A stretch of 64,000 bases of DNA from Candidatus Saccharimonadota bacterium (GTDB lineage Bacteria > Patescibacteriota > Saccharimonadia > Saccharimonadales > JAXHMH01): NCBI GenBank assembly GCA_034521515.1, contig JAXHMH010000002.1:512444-576443 (forward strand), in the 5' to 3' direction. Numbering within the stretch: position 1 is the stretch's first letter; each line of letters begins with the position of its first letter. Shown here one piece after another: positions 1 through 10,392 of this stretch. Below the pieces are notes generated by a model. It was not told the DNA's origin, made no database searches, and worked only from the letters and a program-made list of their open reading frames with translations. Both the position numbers and the translations under genes were made by a program.

Positions 1-26
1 CAACTCGCGTACCTGATGGAGGAGCT

Positions 27-419
27 ATGATTATTTTGACCATGCGCACCGATAAACCAGAAGCCGAAATTGGCTTGTACGAGGATGAGAAAGAACTAGG
101 CTATCAGTTATGGCAGGCACATCGTCAGTTAGCCGAAACGTTGCACAGCAAAATTGCAAATCTTTTGCAAAAGCATAGTAAAGATTGGTCGGATATTCAA
201 GCGATTGTGGTGTTTGAAGGCCCAGGCAGTTTCACGGGTTTACGCATCGGTTTTAGCGTAGCCAATGCACTTGCCTACAGTTTGCAGGTTCCGGTTGTTG
301 GCGCGTCAGGCGATAATTGGCGAACAACTGGCTTTAATATCCTAGCTTCAACTAGAACCAGCTCGTATGCCAAACCACAGTACGGTCAACCAGCTCGCAC
401 TACTACACCAAAAAAATAA
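27..419 (+). CDS. tsaB: TsaB/YeaZ-like t6A-tRNA modification subunit, short 130-aa form
   Basis: ORF carries the YeaZ/TsaB N-terminal signature IVVFEGPGSFTGLRIGFSVANALAY. It is about half the length of a canonical TsaB. Confidence 0.7.
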   Translation: MIILTMRTDKPEAEIGLYEDEKELGYQLWQAHRQLAETLHSKIANLLQKHSKDWSDIQAIVVFEGPGSFTGLRIGFSVANALAYSLQVPVVGASGDNWRTTGFNILASTRTSSYAKPQYGQPARTTTPKK

Positions 420-600
420 CTCGTTGACCGAGCGTGAAAAACCGGCGTATAATTAGATACAGGATTTGCTAGCGTGTCATTTTTTGGGAGCAGCATCCGA
501 TCAATTTATATTAATTTTTGATTTCCTAGAGCCGTTGTTTAGCTAATGAAGTGATAGTGATTGCTAGAAAAGGCTTTAGACCGATAGAAAGGTAAAAACT

Positions 601-2115
601 ATGGATCCAATCACCTTGGGGCTTTTGGCTGCAGGTACTGTTGTTGGTTTTGGTGCAAGTAATATTGTTACAAAACGTCGCTTAGGCTCGGCCGAAGCAG
701 CTGCCGATAAAGAATTAAAAAAAGCTAAGAAAGAAGCCGAAAAGGCAGTCAACGAAGCTCGCGAAGAAGCGGCACAGCTCTCTGAAGCCGCGCGTAAAGA
801 AGAAACTTCGCGACGTAAAGAAATTAAAGAGGTTGAGCAAAGATTGCTTGGGCGTGAAGAAGCCCTTGATAAGAAGCTAGACGATATTGACAAGCGTGCC
901 GAGGCTCTACGCAAAGGCGAGTCGGAAGTTGAGGAGCTCAAGAACGAGATTCGTGATATACGCACTCGTCAGCAAGAAAAACTGGAGAAGATTGCCAAGT
1001 TGAGTAAAGCCGATGCGTCGGAAAAACTCATGAAGATGACCGAACGAGATATTCGTGACGATCTGACCGGATTAGTTTCCAAGATTCAAAATGATACCAA
1101 GGATCTGGCGGAAGAAAAGGCCGGTGCAATTTTAGTTGGTGCTATGGAACGAATGGCCAGTGAAGTAACGGCCGAACGCACCGTGTCCGCCATTAAGCTA
1201 GAAGACGAAGAAATGAAGGGTCGGATTATCGGTAAAGAAGGCCGAAACATCCAGGCGCTGCAGCGAGCTACTGGCGTTGATATCATGGTTGACGATACAC
1301 CAGGCATGATTATCTTAAGCAGCTTTGATCCGATTCGCCGTGAGGTGGCTCGTATGACTCTAGAAAAACTCATGAAGGACGGCCGTATTCACCCTGGACG
1401 CATTGAAGAAGTTCTAGAAAAGGCTCAAAAAGAAGTCCAAAAGGATGTCATGAGAGCCGGTGAAGATGCCGCCCGCGAGGTTGGTATTATCGGTATTCCT
1501 AAAGAAATATTACAGCTGCTTGGCGAGCTGAAATACCGTACTAGTTATGGTCAGAACGTGCTTAAACACTCTACCGAGATGGCGCATATTGCCGGAATCA
1601 TTGCCGAAGAAGTCGGGGCTGATGTAAAGACGTCTAAATACGCGGCACTGGTACACGATATCGGCAAAGCCTTAACCCACAAAATGGAAGGCAAGCACCA
1701 CCATATATCTGGTGAGATGCTGCGCAAATACGGAGCTCCAGAAGAAATTGCCCACGCCGCAGAAGCTCATCATGACGACATGGAGGCAACCACAACCGAA
1801 GCGCTAATCGTGCGAGTTGTTGACGCTATAAGTGCTGCGCGCCCTGGTGCCCGCAACATTAGCGCCGAGAATTTTGCGGAGCGCATGAAAGAGCTGGAAA
1901 ACGTGGCCAATAGTTTTGACGGTATCGAAAAGTCGTACGCGATTAGTGCCGGACGCGAAGTTCGCGTATTTGTGAGACCTAAAGACATCGACGATCTTTC
2001 GGCGATTAAGCTGGCTCGTGATATTGCTACCAAGATTGAGTCGAGCATGCAATACCCAGGTACTATCAAGGTCAACGTCATTCGTGAAACCCGCGCTATC
2101 GAGTTCGCTAAGTAA
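601..2115 (+). CDS. rny: Ribonuclease Y
   Basis: N-terminal TM helix and a K/E-rich coiled coil. KH motif KGRIIGKEGRNIQALQRATGVDI. HD domain (HSTEMAHIAG...LVHDIGKA...AHH). The 504-aa length fits RNase Y. Confidence 0.95.
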   Translation: MDPITLGLLAAGTVVGFGASNIVTKRRLGSAEAAADKELKKAKKEAEKAVNEAREEAAQLSEAARKEETSRRKEIKEVEQRLLGREEALDKKLDDIDKRAEALRKGESEVEELKNEIRDIRTRQQEKLEKIAKLSKADASEKLMKMTERDIRDDLTGLVSKIQNDTKDLAEEKAGAILVGAMERMASEVTAERTVSAIKLEDEEMKGRIIGKEGRNIQALQRATGVDIMVDDTPGMIILSSFDPIRREVARMTLEKLMKDGRIHPGRIEEVLEKAQKEVQKDVMRAGEDAAREVGIIGIPKEILQLLGELKYRTSYGQNVLKHSTEMAHIAGIIAEEVGADVKTSKYAALVHDIGKALTHKMEGKHHHISGEMLRKYGAPEEIAHAAEAHHDDMEATTTEALIVRVVDAISAARPGARNISAENFAERMKELENVANSFDGIEKSYAISAGREVRVFVRPKDIDDLSAIKLARDIATKIESSMQYPGTIKVNVIRETRAIEFAK

Positions 2116-2122
2116 TAAGCCT

Positions 2123-2446
2123 ATGAGTGCATCTTCATTAACCGATTTACAGCAAAAAATTGATGACATTCTGCAGGATTACGAAAAACCGTATTGGGAG
2201 CCTTTGTCTAACATTGCTCGGTTGGTCGAAGAAGTCGGCGAGGTAGCTCGTATCGTCAACCATCGTTATGGTGACAAGCCGAAGAAAACTACCGAAGAGG
2301 CTGATGACTTAGAGGATGAACTAGCTGATGTGTTATGGACGGTAATTTGCCTTGCAAACAGTGAAGGCATTGATCTAGATAAAGGCATGCAGCGGGCAAT
2401 TGATAAGTTGCTAGTGCGGGATAAAGATCGGTTCAAGAAAAAATGA
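2123..2446 (+). CDS. MazG-like nucleotide pyrophosphohydrolase
   Basis: ATG at 2123; the track ORF start at 2018 lies inside rny. The helices EEVGEVARIV and ELADVLWTVICLAN are typical of the MazG/YpjD family. The stop overlaps the next start (ATGA). Confidence 0.75.
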   Translation: MSASSLTDLQQKIDDILQDYEKPYWEPLSNIARLVEEVGEVARIVNHRYGDKPKKTTEEADDLEDELADVLWTVICLANSEGIDLDKGMQRAIDKLLVRDKDRFKKK

Positions 2447-3240
2447 ACATACTCTACGTTGGCGACATTATGGGCGAGACTGGCATAAATACCGTTGAAA
2501 AGTTGTTGCCGGATCTTAAAAAACAGCACCAGGTTGATGTGGTGGTTGCGCAGGCGGAGAACGTAACTGACGGCAAAGGTTTATCCAAAACCGACTTTCA
2601 GCGGTTGCAGCGAATTGGTGTAGATTTTTGCACTGGTGGTAACTGGACGCTTCAACTGGACGAGCTTAAGGACTATCTAAACGACCCGCAGCAACCGGTG
2701 GTACGCCCGGCTAACTATCCAGCTGGTACGCCAGGTCGGGGTTGGAAGTATCTGGAAGGCAAGCACGGCAAAATCTTAGTCATTAGTTTGCTCGGCAAAA
2801 TTGTCGGGCGCGATGCAGACAAACCAGTCGACAACCCGCTGATTGTAGTTGATGAAATTTTACAAGAAAACAAAGACGTGGAGCGGGCAGCAACTATAGT
2901 TAATTTTCATGGTGATTACAGCAGCGAAAAGCGCATTATCGGCTATTACTTAGACGGACGAGTCACGGCGGTTATAGGCGATCACTGGCACGTGCCTACG
3001 GCTGATGCGATGGTGCTACCTAAAGGCACGGCGCACATGACTGACGTTGGTATGTGTGGCAGCTTGCATTCTAGTTTAGGTGTGTCGCTCGACTCAGTTA
3101 TACCGCGCTGGAAGGACGGCACTATCACCAAAAATCAGCTGGCAACCGAAAAACCACATCAATTTAATGCTACAATCATCGAAGCGGATAAAAACGGCTT
3201 CGCTATTAGCGTTGAACACATCCAACGCATCATTACCTAG
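2443..3240 (+). CDS. ymdB: YmdB-like metallophosphoesterase (2',3'-cyclic-nucleotide phosphodiesterase family)
   Basis: Motifs ILYVGDIMGETG, AENVTDGKG, NFHGDYSSEK and GDHWHVPTAD. Lies next to rny, as in Firmicutes. Confidence 0.85.
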   Translation: MNILYVGDIMGETGINTVEKLLPDLKKQHQVDVVVAQAENVTDGKGLSKTDFQRLQRIGVDFCTGGNWTLQLDELKDYLNDPQQPVVRPANYPAGTPGRGWKYLEGKHGKILVISLLGKIVGRDADKPVDNPLIVVDEILQENKDVERAATIVNFHGDYSSEKRIIGYYLDGRVTAVIGDHWHVPTADAMVLPKGTAHMTDVGMCGSLHSSLGVSLDSVIPRWKDGTITKNQLATEKPHQFNATIIEADKNGFAISVEHIQRIIT

Positions 3241-3309
3241 GCACATTTTGTTTTTAGAAAAAGCAGAAGAGCTTTGACCTCAAACTGTTTAACAGATATA
3301 ATTACACCA

Positions 3310-6300
3310 ATGAAGTGGTTGTGGCTACGGAGGGTAGCAGGTCAGGTCGGGGTGGTGGCGCTATTGCTCGGAATAGCGTTTTTTGCGGCCACACAATCAG
3401 CAGCTGACGGCGCCTGGATGGACGACGACTGGCAACACAGAAAGCTCATCACGATCGATGAGACAATGGTCTCTGGTGGGAGTGATTTAGCGAACTTTCC
3501 TATTTTGGTATCAGTTACCGACACGGACCTACGGAGTACCGATTTTGGCGGCGGGGTGGCAAATGTAGATGCCAACGACATTGTATTTACGCTCGATGAC
3601 GGCACAACACTGCTTGCGTATGAACTAGAGAGTTATAACGACCAAACTGGGGATTTGAATGCGTGGGTACGACTGCCATCCCTGTCTGCGACCATCGAGA
3701 CAGAATTGTACATCTACTACGGTAATGAGCTGGCAACGAACCAACAAGATCCGGACAATGTCTGGCCAGCCGATTATGTTATGGTGCAGCACCTTCAAGA
3801 GCAATCAGGATCTGGGAATTTTTTGGCAGATTCAACCAGCGTCGGGAACGACGGTATCCCTTTGGGTACGACACCAGCATTTAACTCCAGTTCCAGGATT
3901 AACGGAGGCTGGGGGTATGGTGGCAATAACCAGCAACGCATCGAAATAGCTGATAATACCAGTTTGCAGTTAGCGGATTCATTTACAGCAGAAGCATGGG
4001 CGCGGTTTACAAGTTGGACGACGCCAGACCATAACCCTGTTCTATGGAAAGGGTCGCAAATCGGGTGGGGAAATAATTATAACTTTAGAATCGCAGTTAG
4101 TAACGGAGCCCCTACTTGGGGGGTGACATGTAGTGCTGAGGGTTGGTTTGCTGGGGGTACGGTATCCTTGAATACCTGGAACCACTACGTTTTGACGTTT
4201 GACGGTACAACCGTCCGAGGTTTCTTAAATGGCACAGAAGTTGGTTCGACAACCGACTGTAGCGGACAATCGCTTAATACTATGGCGGGGAACCCGGTGC
4301 GTAGTGGTTTTGGGTACCGTAACAGTCCAACCCAGGAAACGCACATGGCGGGTGATGTTGATGAGCTACGGATAGCCAACCAAGCCCAGAGCTCAGCATG
4401 GATTCAGACTGGGTATAACAACATGAATGCCCCGGAGACGTACATTGGTTTTGGCCCCGAAGAAGACCGGGCGCCCGCCGTCCCCCAAACCCCCACTCTC
4501 CACGACTCAGGTGGCTCCACCCAACTGGCCTTTAACAACAGCCGTATAGATACTCAAACGCCTACCTTCCGTGTCTCAACTCCTGCAGATGACAACTACA
4601 ACCAAATCCAGTTAGAACTCAACACCGAATCTGACTTCTCTGGCACCAGCTACACCCAAACAACCACCGGTGCCTACATCACCAACGACCAATACAATAT
4701 CCCTGCCAATAGTCTTTCTCCAAGTCTCCCCACTACCGATAATGCAACCTACTACGTCCGTGTCCGAGCCTCCGCCGACGGAGGCACGACCTGGGGCAAC
4801 TGGTCTACAGACAACGCCTGCTGTGACCCATGGAGCTTTACCTACAGCAGTACAGAGGATGAGATGAGTTGGTTCCAGCAAACAGACGTCCAGTTTGACA
4901 CAAGCACGCTAGATGCTGCAGTTACGAATGATGGCGTGCTATTAGCGGCAAGCTCGTTTTCGGCAACTGGCGGGACCATTACTACCATTGGAGATAGCCG
5001 GTATCACGTTTTTACAAGCGATGGCAATTTGACGGTGACTGGGGATTCGTCAACAGGTGAGGTGCTAGTAGTCGGTGGTGGCGGTGGTGGCGCTGGCTCA
5101 GCAGGAAACGCTGGTCGTGGCGGTGGTGGCGCTGGTGGACTAGTCCATGATGAAAACTTTTCACTCAATAGCGGGAGTTATTCAGTTACCGTAGGCACCG
5201 GTGGAGCTGGCGGTGCAGCTTCTGGAGCAGACGGCAGCCAAGGGAGTAACTCATCATTTGATAGTCTTGTCGGAATAGGCGGCGGTGGCGGTGCTGGTTT
5301 GAATACCAACGGGGGAGCTGGTGGGTCTGGTGGTGGTGCCGGAGTGAACAATCTTACTCTGTCAGGTGGCGCTGCGCAGCAGCCAGGTTCAAGCTCCGGT
5401 GGATTTGGTAGTCAGGGCGGCACAGCGGATATATATGCGGTGGGTGCTGGTGGCGGCGGTGGCGGTGGTGCCGGTGCAGCAGGCGGTGCGGGCACGGCAA
5501 GTGCTGGCGGTTCGGGCGGTGCAGGCTTAGAGTTTTCTCAATTTTCTGCGGTTGGTGGATCACCTGCTGGATGGTTTGCTGGTGGTGGCGGCGCATCAGC
5601 TGGTACAACCGGGGGGCCGGGCGGTACTGGCGGTGGTGGTACAGGGTCAACTGATACCTCTTCAGCACAGAGTGGCGTAACAAGTACAGGTGGAGGTGGT
5701 GGCGGTTCGCAGGGTACCGGTGGCGGTGGCGGTGATGGTGGCTCTGGCGTCGTCATTGTTCGTTATGATGTATCGTTTGCTCCGACTGGCAGTGTTACTT
5801 CAGAACCAATCAATTATTCAAGCGTTCCAAGTGCTCTCACGTGGGACGAAATGGTCTGGGAGTCTGATGAGTCTAATGGGTCAATAGAAATGCGGTTGCT
5901 GTACTCAGATTCCGGTACATGTGATGCACTGGTTTCCGACACAGATCTAAGCGGAAACAGCACTGGTTTCACGACTTCGCCAGTCGACATAACGGGGCTT
6001 GATAGCAGTACGTATCAACAGCTTTGCCTCGAGGCTACGCTCACAGAAGACGGTGGATCGCCCGTGCTGCAAAGCTGGGGCATACGCTGGGAGAGGTTCT
6101 TGCCCGCCGTCCCCCAAACCCCCACTCTCCACGACTCAGGTGGCTCCACCCAACTGGCCTTTAACAACAGCCGTATAGATACTCAAACGCCTACCTTCCG
6201 TGTCTCAACTCCTGCAGATGACAACTACAACCAAATCCAGTTAGAACTCAACACCGAATCTGACTTCTCTGGCACCAGCTACACCCAAACAACCACCGGT

Positions 6301-9285
6301 GCCTACATCACCAACGACCAATACAATATCCCTGCCAATAGTCTTTCTCCAAGTCTCCCCACTACCGATAATGCAACCTACTACGTCCGTGTCCGAGCCT
6401 CCGCCGACGGAGGCACGACCTGGGGCAACTGGTCTACAGACAACGCCTGCTGTGACCCATGGAGCTTTACCTACAGCAGTACAGAGGATGAGATGAGTTG
6501 GTATCAAGCAGATGGAGCGCAATTTGCCACAAATGAGCTCACTGATACGGTTGTTGACGGTGATGATGTGGTGTTGGGCGCGGTCGGATCAGGGATTACT
6601 AACCCGACACAATTGACGACATATACGTCGACAACCAATCAGGCATCTGCAACAACCGCGAGTGTCTCGCCGGCCGGCAACGCCTTGATAGTTGTGCTGG
6701 TGGGCACCGGCAGTACTACAACACACACGCATAATGCCGTGACGAGCACCTTTGGCACAGTGGGCGGGTTTACGCAGCGCACCACACAACTCGGTACGAG
6801 CAATACCTTTTACAGGTATTCAATTTATACTGCTGTGACAACGGCAAGTCCAGGCTCTGGTACCATTACCGTTAATTACAGCGCTAATACCCCAAACCAA
6901 GTGCATTATGTATTGCAAGTGGCGGATGGTTTTGACACATCCGACCCGGTAATTCAGACGATTACAGCGACAACCGCAGCAACCACGCTGTCGATGGGCT
7001 TTCCTGCTACTCCGCAAACAAGCTCGCTCGTAATTGGCGGTATTGCCACGAGGCGAGGGACAGATATTGCAGGCACAAGTGGCTATACAACGTTTGCAAA
7101 TATTGATACCGGTGGGGGCACAAATGCCCGCGCGCAATCCCAATATCGTGTCGGTGACGCCGGAATAGGACTAAACTGGACAGGAGACGGGACCCTAGAA
7201 AATATGGTTGCTGGAGCGGTAGAGATACGTGCTGAAACAGCAGATGATGCAACGATTATGTCATCAGAAATCTTTTATGACTACGCACGGAGCCCGCAGA
7301 CTTGGGGTGAGGCGTCGTTTACGTCAAATGAAACAAATGGTGATATCAAATTACGCCTGTATCATAGTTTATCCACAGCCTGCGATACACAGATTCCGAA
7401 TGGAGATCTAGCAGGAAACACCGTTGGCTTTGACGCAACAGATGGATCAATTGACTTATCAGGGCTTAACACGACAACATATGACCAAATTTGTATACAG
7501 GCTACATTGTCAGATGTCGCAGGTACGCCATATTTACAGAGCTGGTCAGTTTCGTGGGAGACAGAACCCAACTTTGCGCCGAATGAACCGTGGGCTTTGG
7601 CTCAAACCAAGACCGATACCTCGCCTTTAGCGGTTGGTGATTGGACGAATGAAAGCTCAGTACGCTTTACAGCCAGTGCGACTGATTTTGATGCAACAGG
7701 TGACTTAGAGCTCTGTGTTGAAGCTCGCCCAATCGGTATCAGCTTCTTGGATGTGCAGAATGACTGTGGTGAACCCGTGGAGTACCAAGCTCCGATTTAC
7801 GAGTGTGACCCAACCGGGAATGCGCTATTTGAAAAGTATGATGGAGTAGCCGGCACAGACATTGCATCACTCTATGCAGCTCCGGCTTTCCCGAATAGTC
7901 CTAGTTCAAATCAAACGATAAGTGGCGGTTCGCTGGAGGGTCCAGTAAATATTGATGATACGTATGGTGGTCGTCTGTCGGCCTTGATTTGCCCACCACA
8001 AGATGGTGATTACACATTTTGGTTGTCGGCCGACGATAATGCTGAGCTGCGCATAAGTACAGATGTGAACCCGGCAAATGTCACAACTATAGCTTCCGTA
8101 CCTGGCTGGTCTGGCGTAGATGAGTGGATAATGTACCCTGAGCAGCAATCTGCACTCGTCACGCTTGAAGCAGACCAGTATTACTACATTGAAGCCAATT
8201 ACAATGAAGGAGCTGGTGGTGACCATGTTCAGATTGGGTGGACATTGCCCGACACGACAGTTGACCGACCGATTTCCGGTACGTACTATTCATTGCCTTC
8301 CGAAGAAGAAGAGCGAACGCTCATTTCTGGCGAGATTCCAACATTAACCGCAGCGCTTAACCTGGCGGATGCGGATAGCTATCATTGGCAAGCTCGGGTG
8401 CGTGACCAAGGCGGCCTCTACTCGAGCTGGGTAAACTTTGGTAGTAACCCAGAAGAGGAGCGTGACTTTGGGATAGACACAACTGCACCAACTAGTGGGA
8501 GTGTATACGATGGCGATGACCTTGGAGAGGACATGATGTTTAATGATGGGTCACTAGATACACTGTCGGCGAACTGGGAAGGCTTTGACTTTGATGTATC
8601 AGGAACGGTTGGCTATGAATATTCAATCGGTACAACGCCGGGTGGTACAGACACAGTTGATTGGACGGATGTCGGTACGGATACCTCGTTTACTATCAGC
8701 AGTCTAGAGCTCCAGACAAACCACGTTTACTACACGAACATTCGGGCTACAGATGTTGCTGGCAATACAGCGGTAGTGAGTTCCGATGGTCAATATGTTT
8801 TACCGACGCTGAGTTTTAGTGTATCGACTTCAAACATTACATTTGAGAATCTTGGTGCCAGTAATGACCGCACAGATTCTGAGGATGTCACGCTTACGAC
8901 CTCCACGAATGCCTACGCTGGCTATACGGTTCGGGCTCGAGCAACAGGGCAACTCAACGCAAATGGGTCGCATGATCTTCCATGGTTTAGCGCAGGGTCG
9001 TATGCTTCTCCGGTTGCCTGGGAGGATAGCAGTACCTGGGGGTACGGCTACACCTCAAGCGATACCAATGTGCAAGGTTCCAATAAGTTTGGCGATGGAA
9101 CATTGTTTGCTCCATTTACCACGCTTGCGCCTGGCGATATTGTGGCTGATAACACCGACAACACAACTGGTGTATCTATACAGGACGAGGAGTTTACAAT
9201 CACGCACCGGGTGGTTGCCCCAGAAGACCAGCCAGCTGGTTTCTACTCCACGACAATTTATTACACAGTGACAGCCGATTACTAA
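3310..9285 (+). CDS. Giant secreted multi-domain surface protein (DUF2341-like, LamG-like, Gly-rich, PA14-like and WxL-like C-terminal modules)
   Basis: Uninterrupted ORF; the track starts at TTG 3274, and ATG 3310 gives MKWLWL plus a TM/signal segment. N-terminal WQHRKLITID...LYIYYGN resembles DUF2341, and WNHYVLTFDG...DVDELRIAN resembles LamG. There is a long GGxGG region. GDYTFWLSADDNAELRIS...YYYIEANYNEGAGGDHVQIGW resembles PA14. The C-terminus is homologous to that of ORF 10393..11412. Confidence 0.85.
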   Translation: MKWLWLRRVAGQVGVVALLLGIAFFAATQSAADGAWMDDDWQHRKLITIDETMVSGGSDLANFPILVSVTDTDLRSTDFGGGVANVDANDIVFTLDDGTTLLAYELESYNDQTGDLNAWVRLPSLSATIETELYIYYGNELATNQQDPDNVWPADYVMVQHLQEQSGSGNFLADSTSVGNDGIPLGTTPAFNSSSRINGGWGYGGNNQQRIEIADNTSLQLADSFTAEAWARFTSWTTPDHNPVLWKGSQIGWGNNYNFRIAVSNGAPTWGVTCSAEGWFAGGTVSLNTWNHYVLTFDGTTVRGFLNGTEVGSTTDCSGQSLNTMAGNPVRSGFGYRNSPTQETHMAGDVDELRIANQAQSSAWIQTGYNNMNAPETYIGFGPEEDRAPAVPQTPTLHDSGGSTQLAFNNSRIDTQTPTFRVSTPADDNYNQIQLELNTESDFSGTSYTQTTTGAYITNDQYNIPANSLSPSLPTTDNATYYVRVRASADGGTTWGNWSTDNACCDPWSFTYSSTEDEMSWFQQTDVQFDTSTLDAAVTNDGVLLAASSFSATGGTITTIGDSRYHVFTSDGNLTVTGDSSTGEVLVVGGGGGGAGSAGNAGRGGGGAGGLVHDENFSLNSGSYSVTVGTGGAGGAASGADGSQGSNSSFDSLVGIGGGGGAGLNTNGGAGGSGGGAGVNNLTLSGGAAQQPGSSSGGFGSQGGTADIYAVGAGGGGGGGAGAAGGAGTASAGGSGGAGLEFSQFSAVGGSPAGWFAGGGGASAGTTGGPGGTGGGGTGSTDTSSAQSGVTSTGGGGGGSQGTGGGGGDGGSGVVIVRYDVSFAPTGSVTSEPINYSSVPSALTWDEMVWESDESNGSIEMRLLYSDSGTCDALVSDTDLSGNSTGFTTSPVDITGLDSSTYQQLCLEATLTEDGGSPVLQSWGIRWERFLPAVPQTPTLHDSGGSTQLAFNNSRIDTQTPTFRVSTPADDNYNQIQLELNTESDFSGTSYTQTTTGAYITNDQYNIPANSLSPSLPTTDNATYYVRVRASADGGTTWGNWSTDNACCDPWSFTYSSTEDEMSWYQADGAQFATNELTDTVVDGDDVVLGAVGSGITNPTQLTTYTSTTNQASATTASVSPAGNALIVVLVGTGSTTTHTHNAVTSTFGTVGGFTQRTTQLGTSNTFYRYSIYTAVTTASPGSGTITVNYSANTPNQVHYVLQVADGFDTSDPVIQTITATTAATTLSMGFPATPQTSSLVIGGIATRRGTDIAGTSGYTTFANIDTGGGTNARAQSQYRVGDAGIGLNWTGDGTLENMVAGAVEIRAETADDATIMSSEIFYDYARSPQTWGEASFTSNETNGDIKLRLYHSLSTACDTQIPNGDLAGNTVGFDATDGSIDLSGLNTTTYDQICIQATLSDVAGTPYLQSWSVSWETEPNFAPNEPWALAQTKTDTSPLAVGDWTNESSVRFTASATDFDATGDLELCVEARPIGISFLDVQNDCGEPVEYQAPIYECDPTGNALFEKYDGVAGTDIASLYAAPAFPNSPSSNQTISGGSLEGPVNIDDTYGGRLSALICPPQDGDYTFWLSADDNAELRISTDVNPANVTTIASVPGWSGVDEWIMYPEQQSALVTLEADQYYYIEANYNEGAGGDHVQIGWTLPDTTVDRPISGTYYSLPSEEEERTLISGEIPTLTAALNLADADSYHWQARVRDQGGLYSSWVNFGSNPEEERDFGIDTTAPTSGSVYDGDDLGEDMMFNDGSLDTLSANWEGFDFDVSGTVGYEYSIGTTPGGTDTVDWTDVGTDTSFTISSLELQTNHVYYTNIRATDVAGNTAVVSSDGQYVLPTLSFSVSTSNITFENLGASNDRTDSEDVTLTTSTNAYAGYTVRARATGQLNANGSHDLPWFSAGSYASPVAWEDSSTWGYGYTSSDTNVQGSNKFGDGTLFAPFTTLAPGDIVADNTDNTTGVSIQDEEFTITHRVVAPEDQPAGFYSTTIYYTVTADY
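4473..4873 (+). repeat. Copy 1 of a 401-bp perfect direct repeat inside the giant CDS
   Basis: Base-for-base identical to 6102..6502 by my reading. Offset is 1629 bp (543 codons, in frame). Encodes APAVPQTPTLHDSGG...STEDEMSW. Confidence 0.9.
6102..6502 (+). repeat. Copy 2 of the 401-bp perfect direct repeat inside the giant CDS
   Basis: Identical to 4473..4873. The domains flanking each copy are homologous but diverged. Confidence 0.9.
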
Positions 9286-9294
9286 CCGAGGCGT

Positions 9295-10269
9295 ATGATT
9301 GTTGTTATGAACTTTTTCTCGCATCAACCCCGTGTACTTTTTAGGATTGCGTTGTTTTGTGTGGTTATGTTGAGCGCTGTTATGTATGTATGCAGTCAGC
9401 CAAGATTAATATTTGCACAAGTAGGCGATAACATGGAAGTTTCAGGATCGGGGCTTTCTGTTAGCCCAGCATTGATTGAGTTAACGCTTGATCCGGGCGA
9501 GTCACGAGATAAAGAGTTCTATGTTAATAATATTACTAAAACCCCTGTGCCACTGAACATCGGCACCCAGCCGTTGTATCCCAACGAACAAATTATTGAC
9601 GACACCAAGACCGATAGTTTTGATGCCGCTCAGTGGGTCAGCGTTGATGAGCCCGACAATATTTTAAATGCAGGTGAGCAGCGTCAACTGACTGCAAAGA
9701 TTTCTGTACCTGAGTCTGCAGAACCAGGCGGACATTATGCGACGATTGTGCTTGAGCCGCTCGTGCCAGCAACCGAAATGTCTAGTGGGGCAAGTATCGC
9801 TTCTCGGGTAGGGATACTGGTGTTTATTACCGTTTCTGGTGATGCCATATATGATGTCGAACTGCAAGAGCCTAGTGTAGGTAGATTGCAGTGGTCACGT
9901 CATGTGCCGATCACGGCGGAGTTTCTAAACCAAGGTACGATTCACATTTCTCCTACAACACGGGTGACAGTGAAAAATATTTTTGGTGACACGCTTGGGG
10001 AAGTACCCGTGCAGCCTCGTGTGGTGTTGCCAAATACACAAAAAATATTGCGTGCTCAGTGGAGAAGTCCATCGCTGATAGGTATATACTCTGCACAAAT
10101 CGAAGCCAGTTACGGGGAGGATGGAACGGTACTAGAAAGTGGGCAACGGTATTTTTTGGTAGTGCAATGGTTGCCAGTTTTAGGGATCGTCATTTTAGCG
10201 AGTATTCTTGGCTGGCTTATAAAAGTACGCCAACGATTACCAGCCGCTTGTAAGGCTTTTAGAGGGTGA
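9295..10269 (+). CDS. Membrane-anchored cell-surface protein, DUF916/DUF3324-like (CscA-like) architecture
   Basis: N-terminal signal/TM segment. Beta-rich body LSVSPALIELTLDPGESRDKEFYVNN with motif SAEPGGHYATIVLEP. Single C-terminal TM followed by KVRQR. Paralog of 11492..12427. Confidence 0.55.
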   Translation: MIVVMNFFSHQPRVLFRIALFCVVMLSAVMYVCSQPRLIFAQVGDNMEVSGSGLSVSPALIELTLDPGESRDKEFYVNNITKTPVPLNIGTQPLYPNEQIIDDTKTDSFDAAQWVSVDEPDNILNAGEQRQLTAKISVPESAEPGGHYATIVLEPLVPATEMSSGASIASRVGILVFITVSGDAIYDVELQEPSVGRLQWSRHVPITAEFLNQGTIHISPTTRVTVKNIFGDTLGEVPVQPRVVLPNTQKILRAQWRSPSLIGIYSAQIEASYGEDGTVLESGQRYFLVVQWLPVLGIVILASILGWLIKVRQRLPAACKAFRG

Positions 10270-10392
10270 GCGCAGTAAATTTTACAGTGCCAAAAAAGGT
10301 TGCGCTTATGAAGGAGACATCTTATGCTAGTAGGGACTGCGCATTGCGCGATGAGATTGGCCATAGAAAATAAGAACCGTGGGGGTTTTACA

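Noticed and set aside
576-2169. Several antisense or alternate-frame ORFs overlapping rny (576..965, 1086..1373, 1770..2081, 1804..2169)
   Set aside because: They are low-complexity S/A/R-rich mirror translations of the K/E-rich coiled coil and of well-supported RNase Y coding sequence. They have no motifs and no independent start signals.
5354-5887. P/H-rich ORFs antisense to, or out of frame with, the glycine-rich part of the giant protein
   Set aside because: They are a direct consequence of GGN-rich repeats read in other frames. The sense frame is continuous over 6 kb.
4473-6502. The 401-bp repeat pair read as an IS element, a composite transposon, or a DGR template/variable repeat pair
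   Set aside because: No transposase or reverse transcriptase lies between or near the copies. The copies are 100 percent identical, so there are no adenine-specific differences. They are in-frame protein-domain duplicates.
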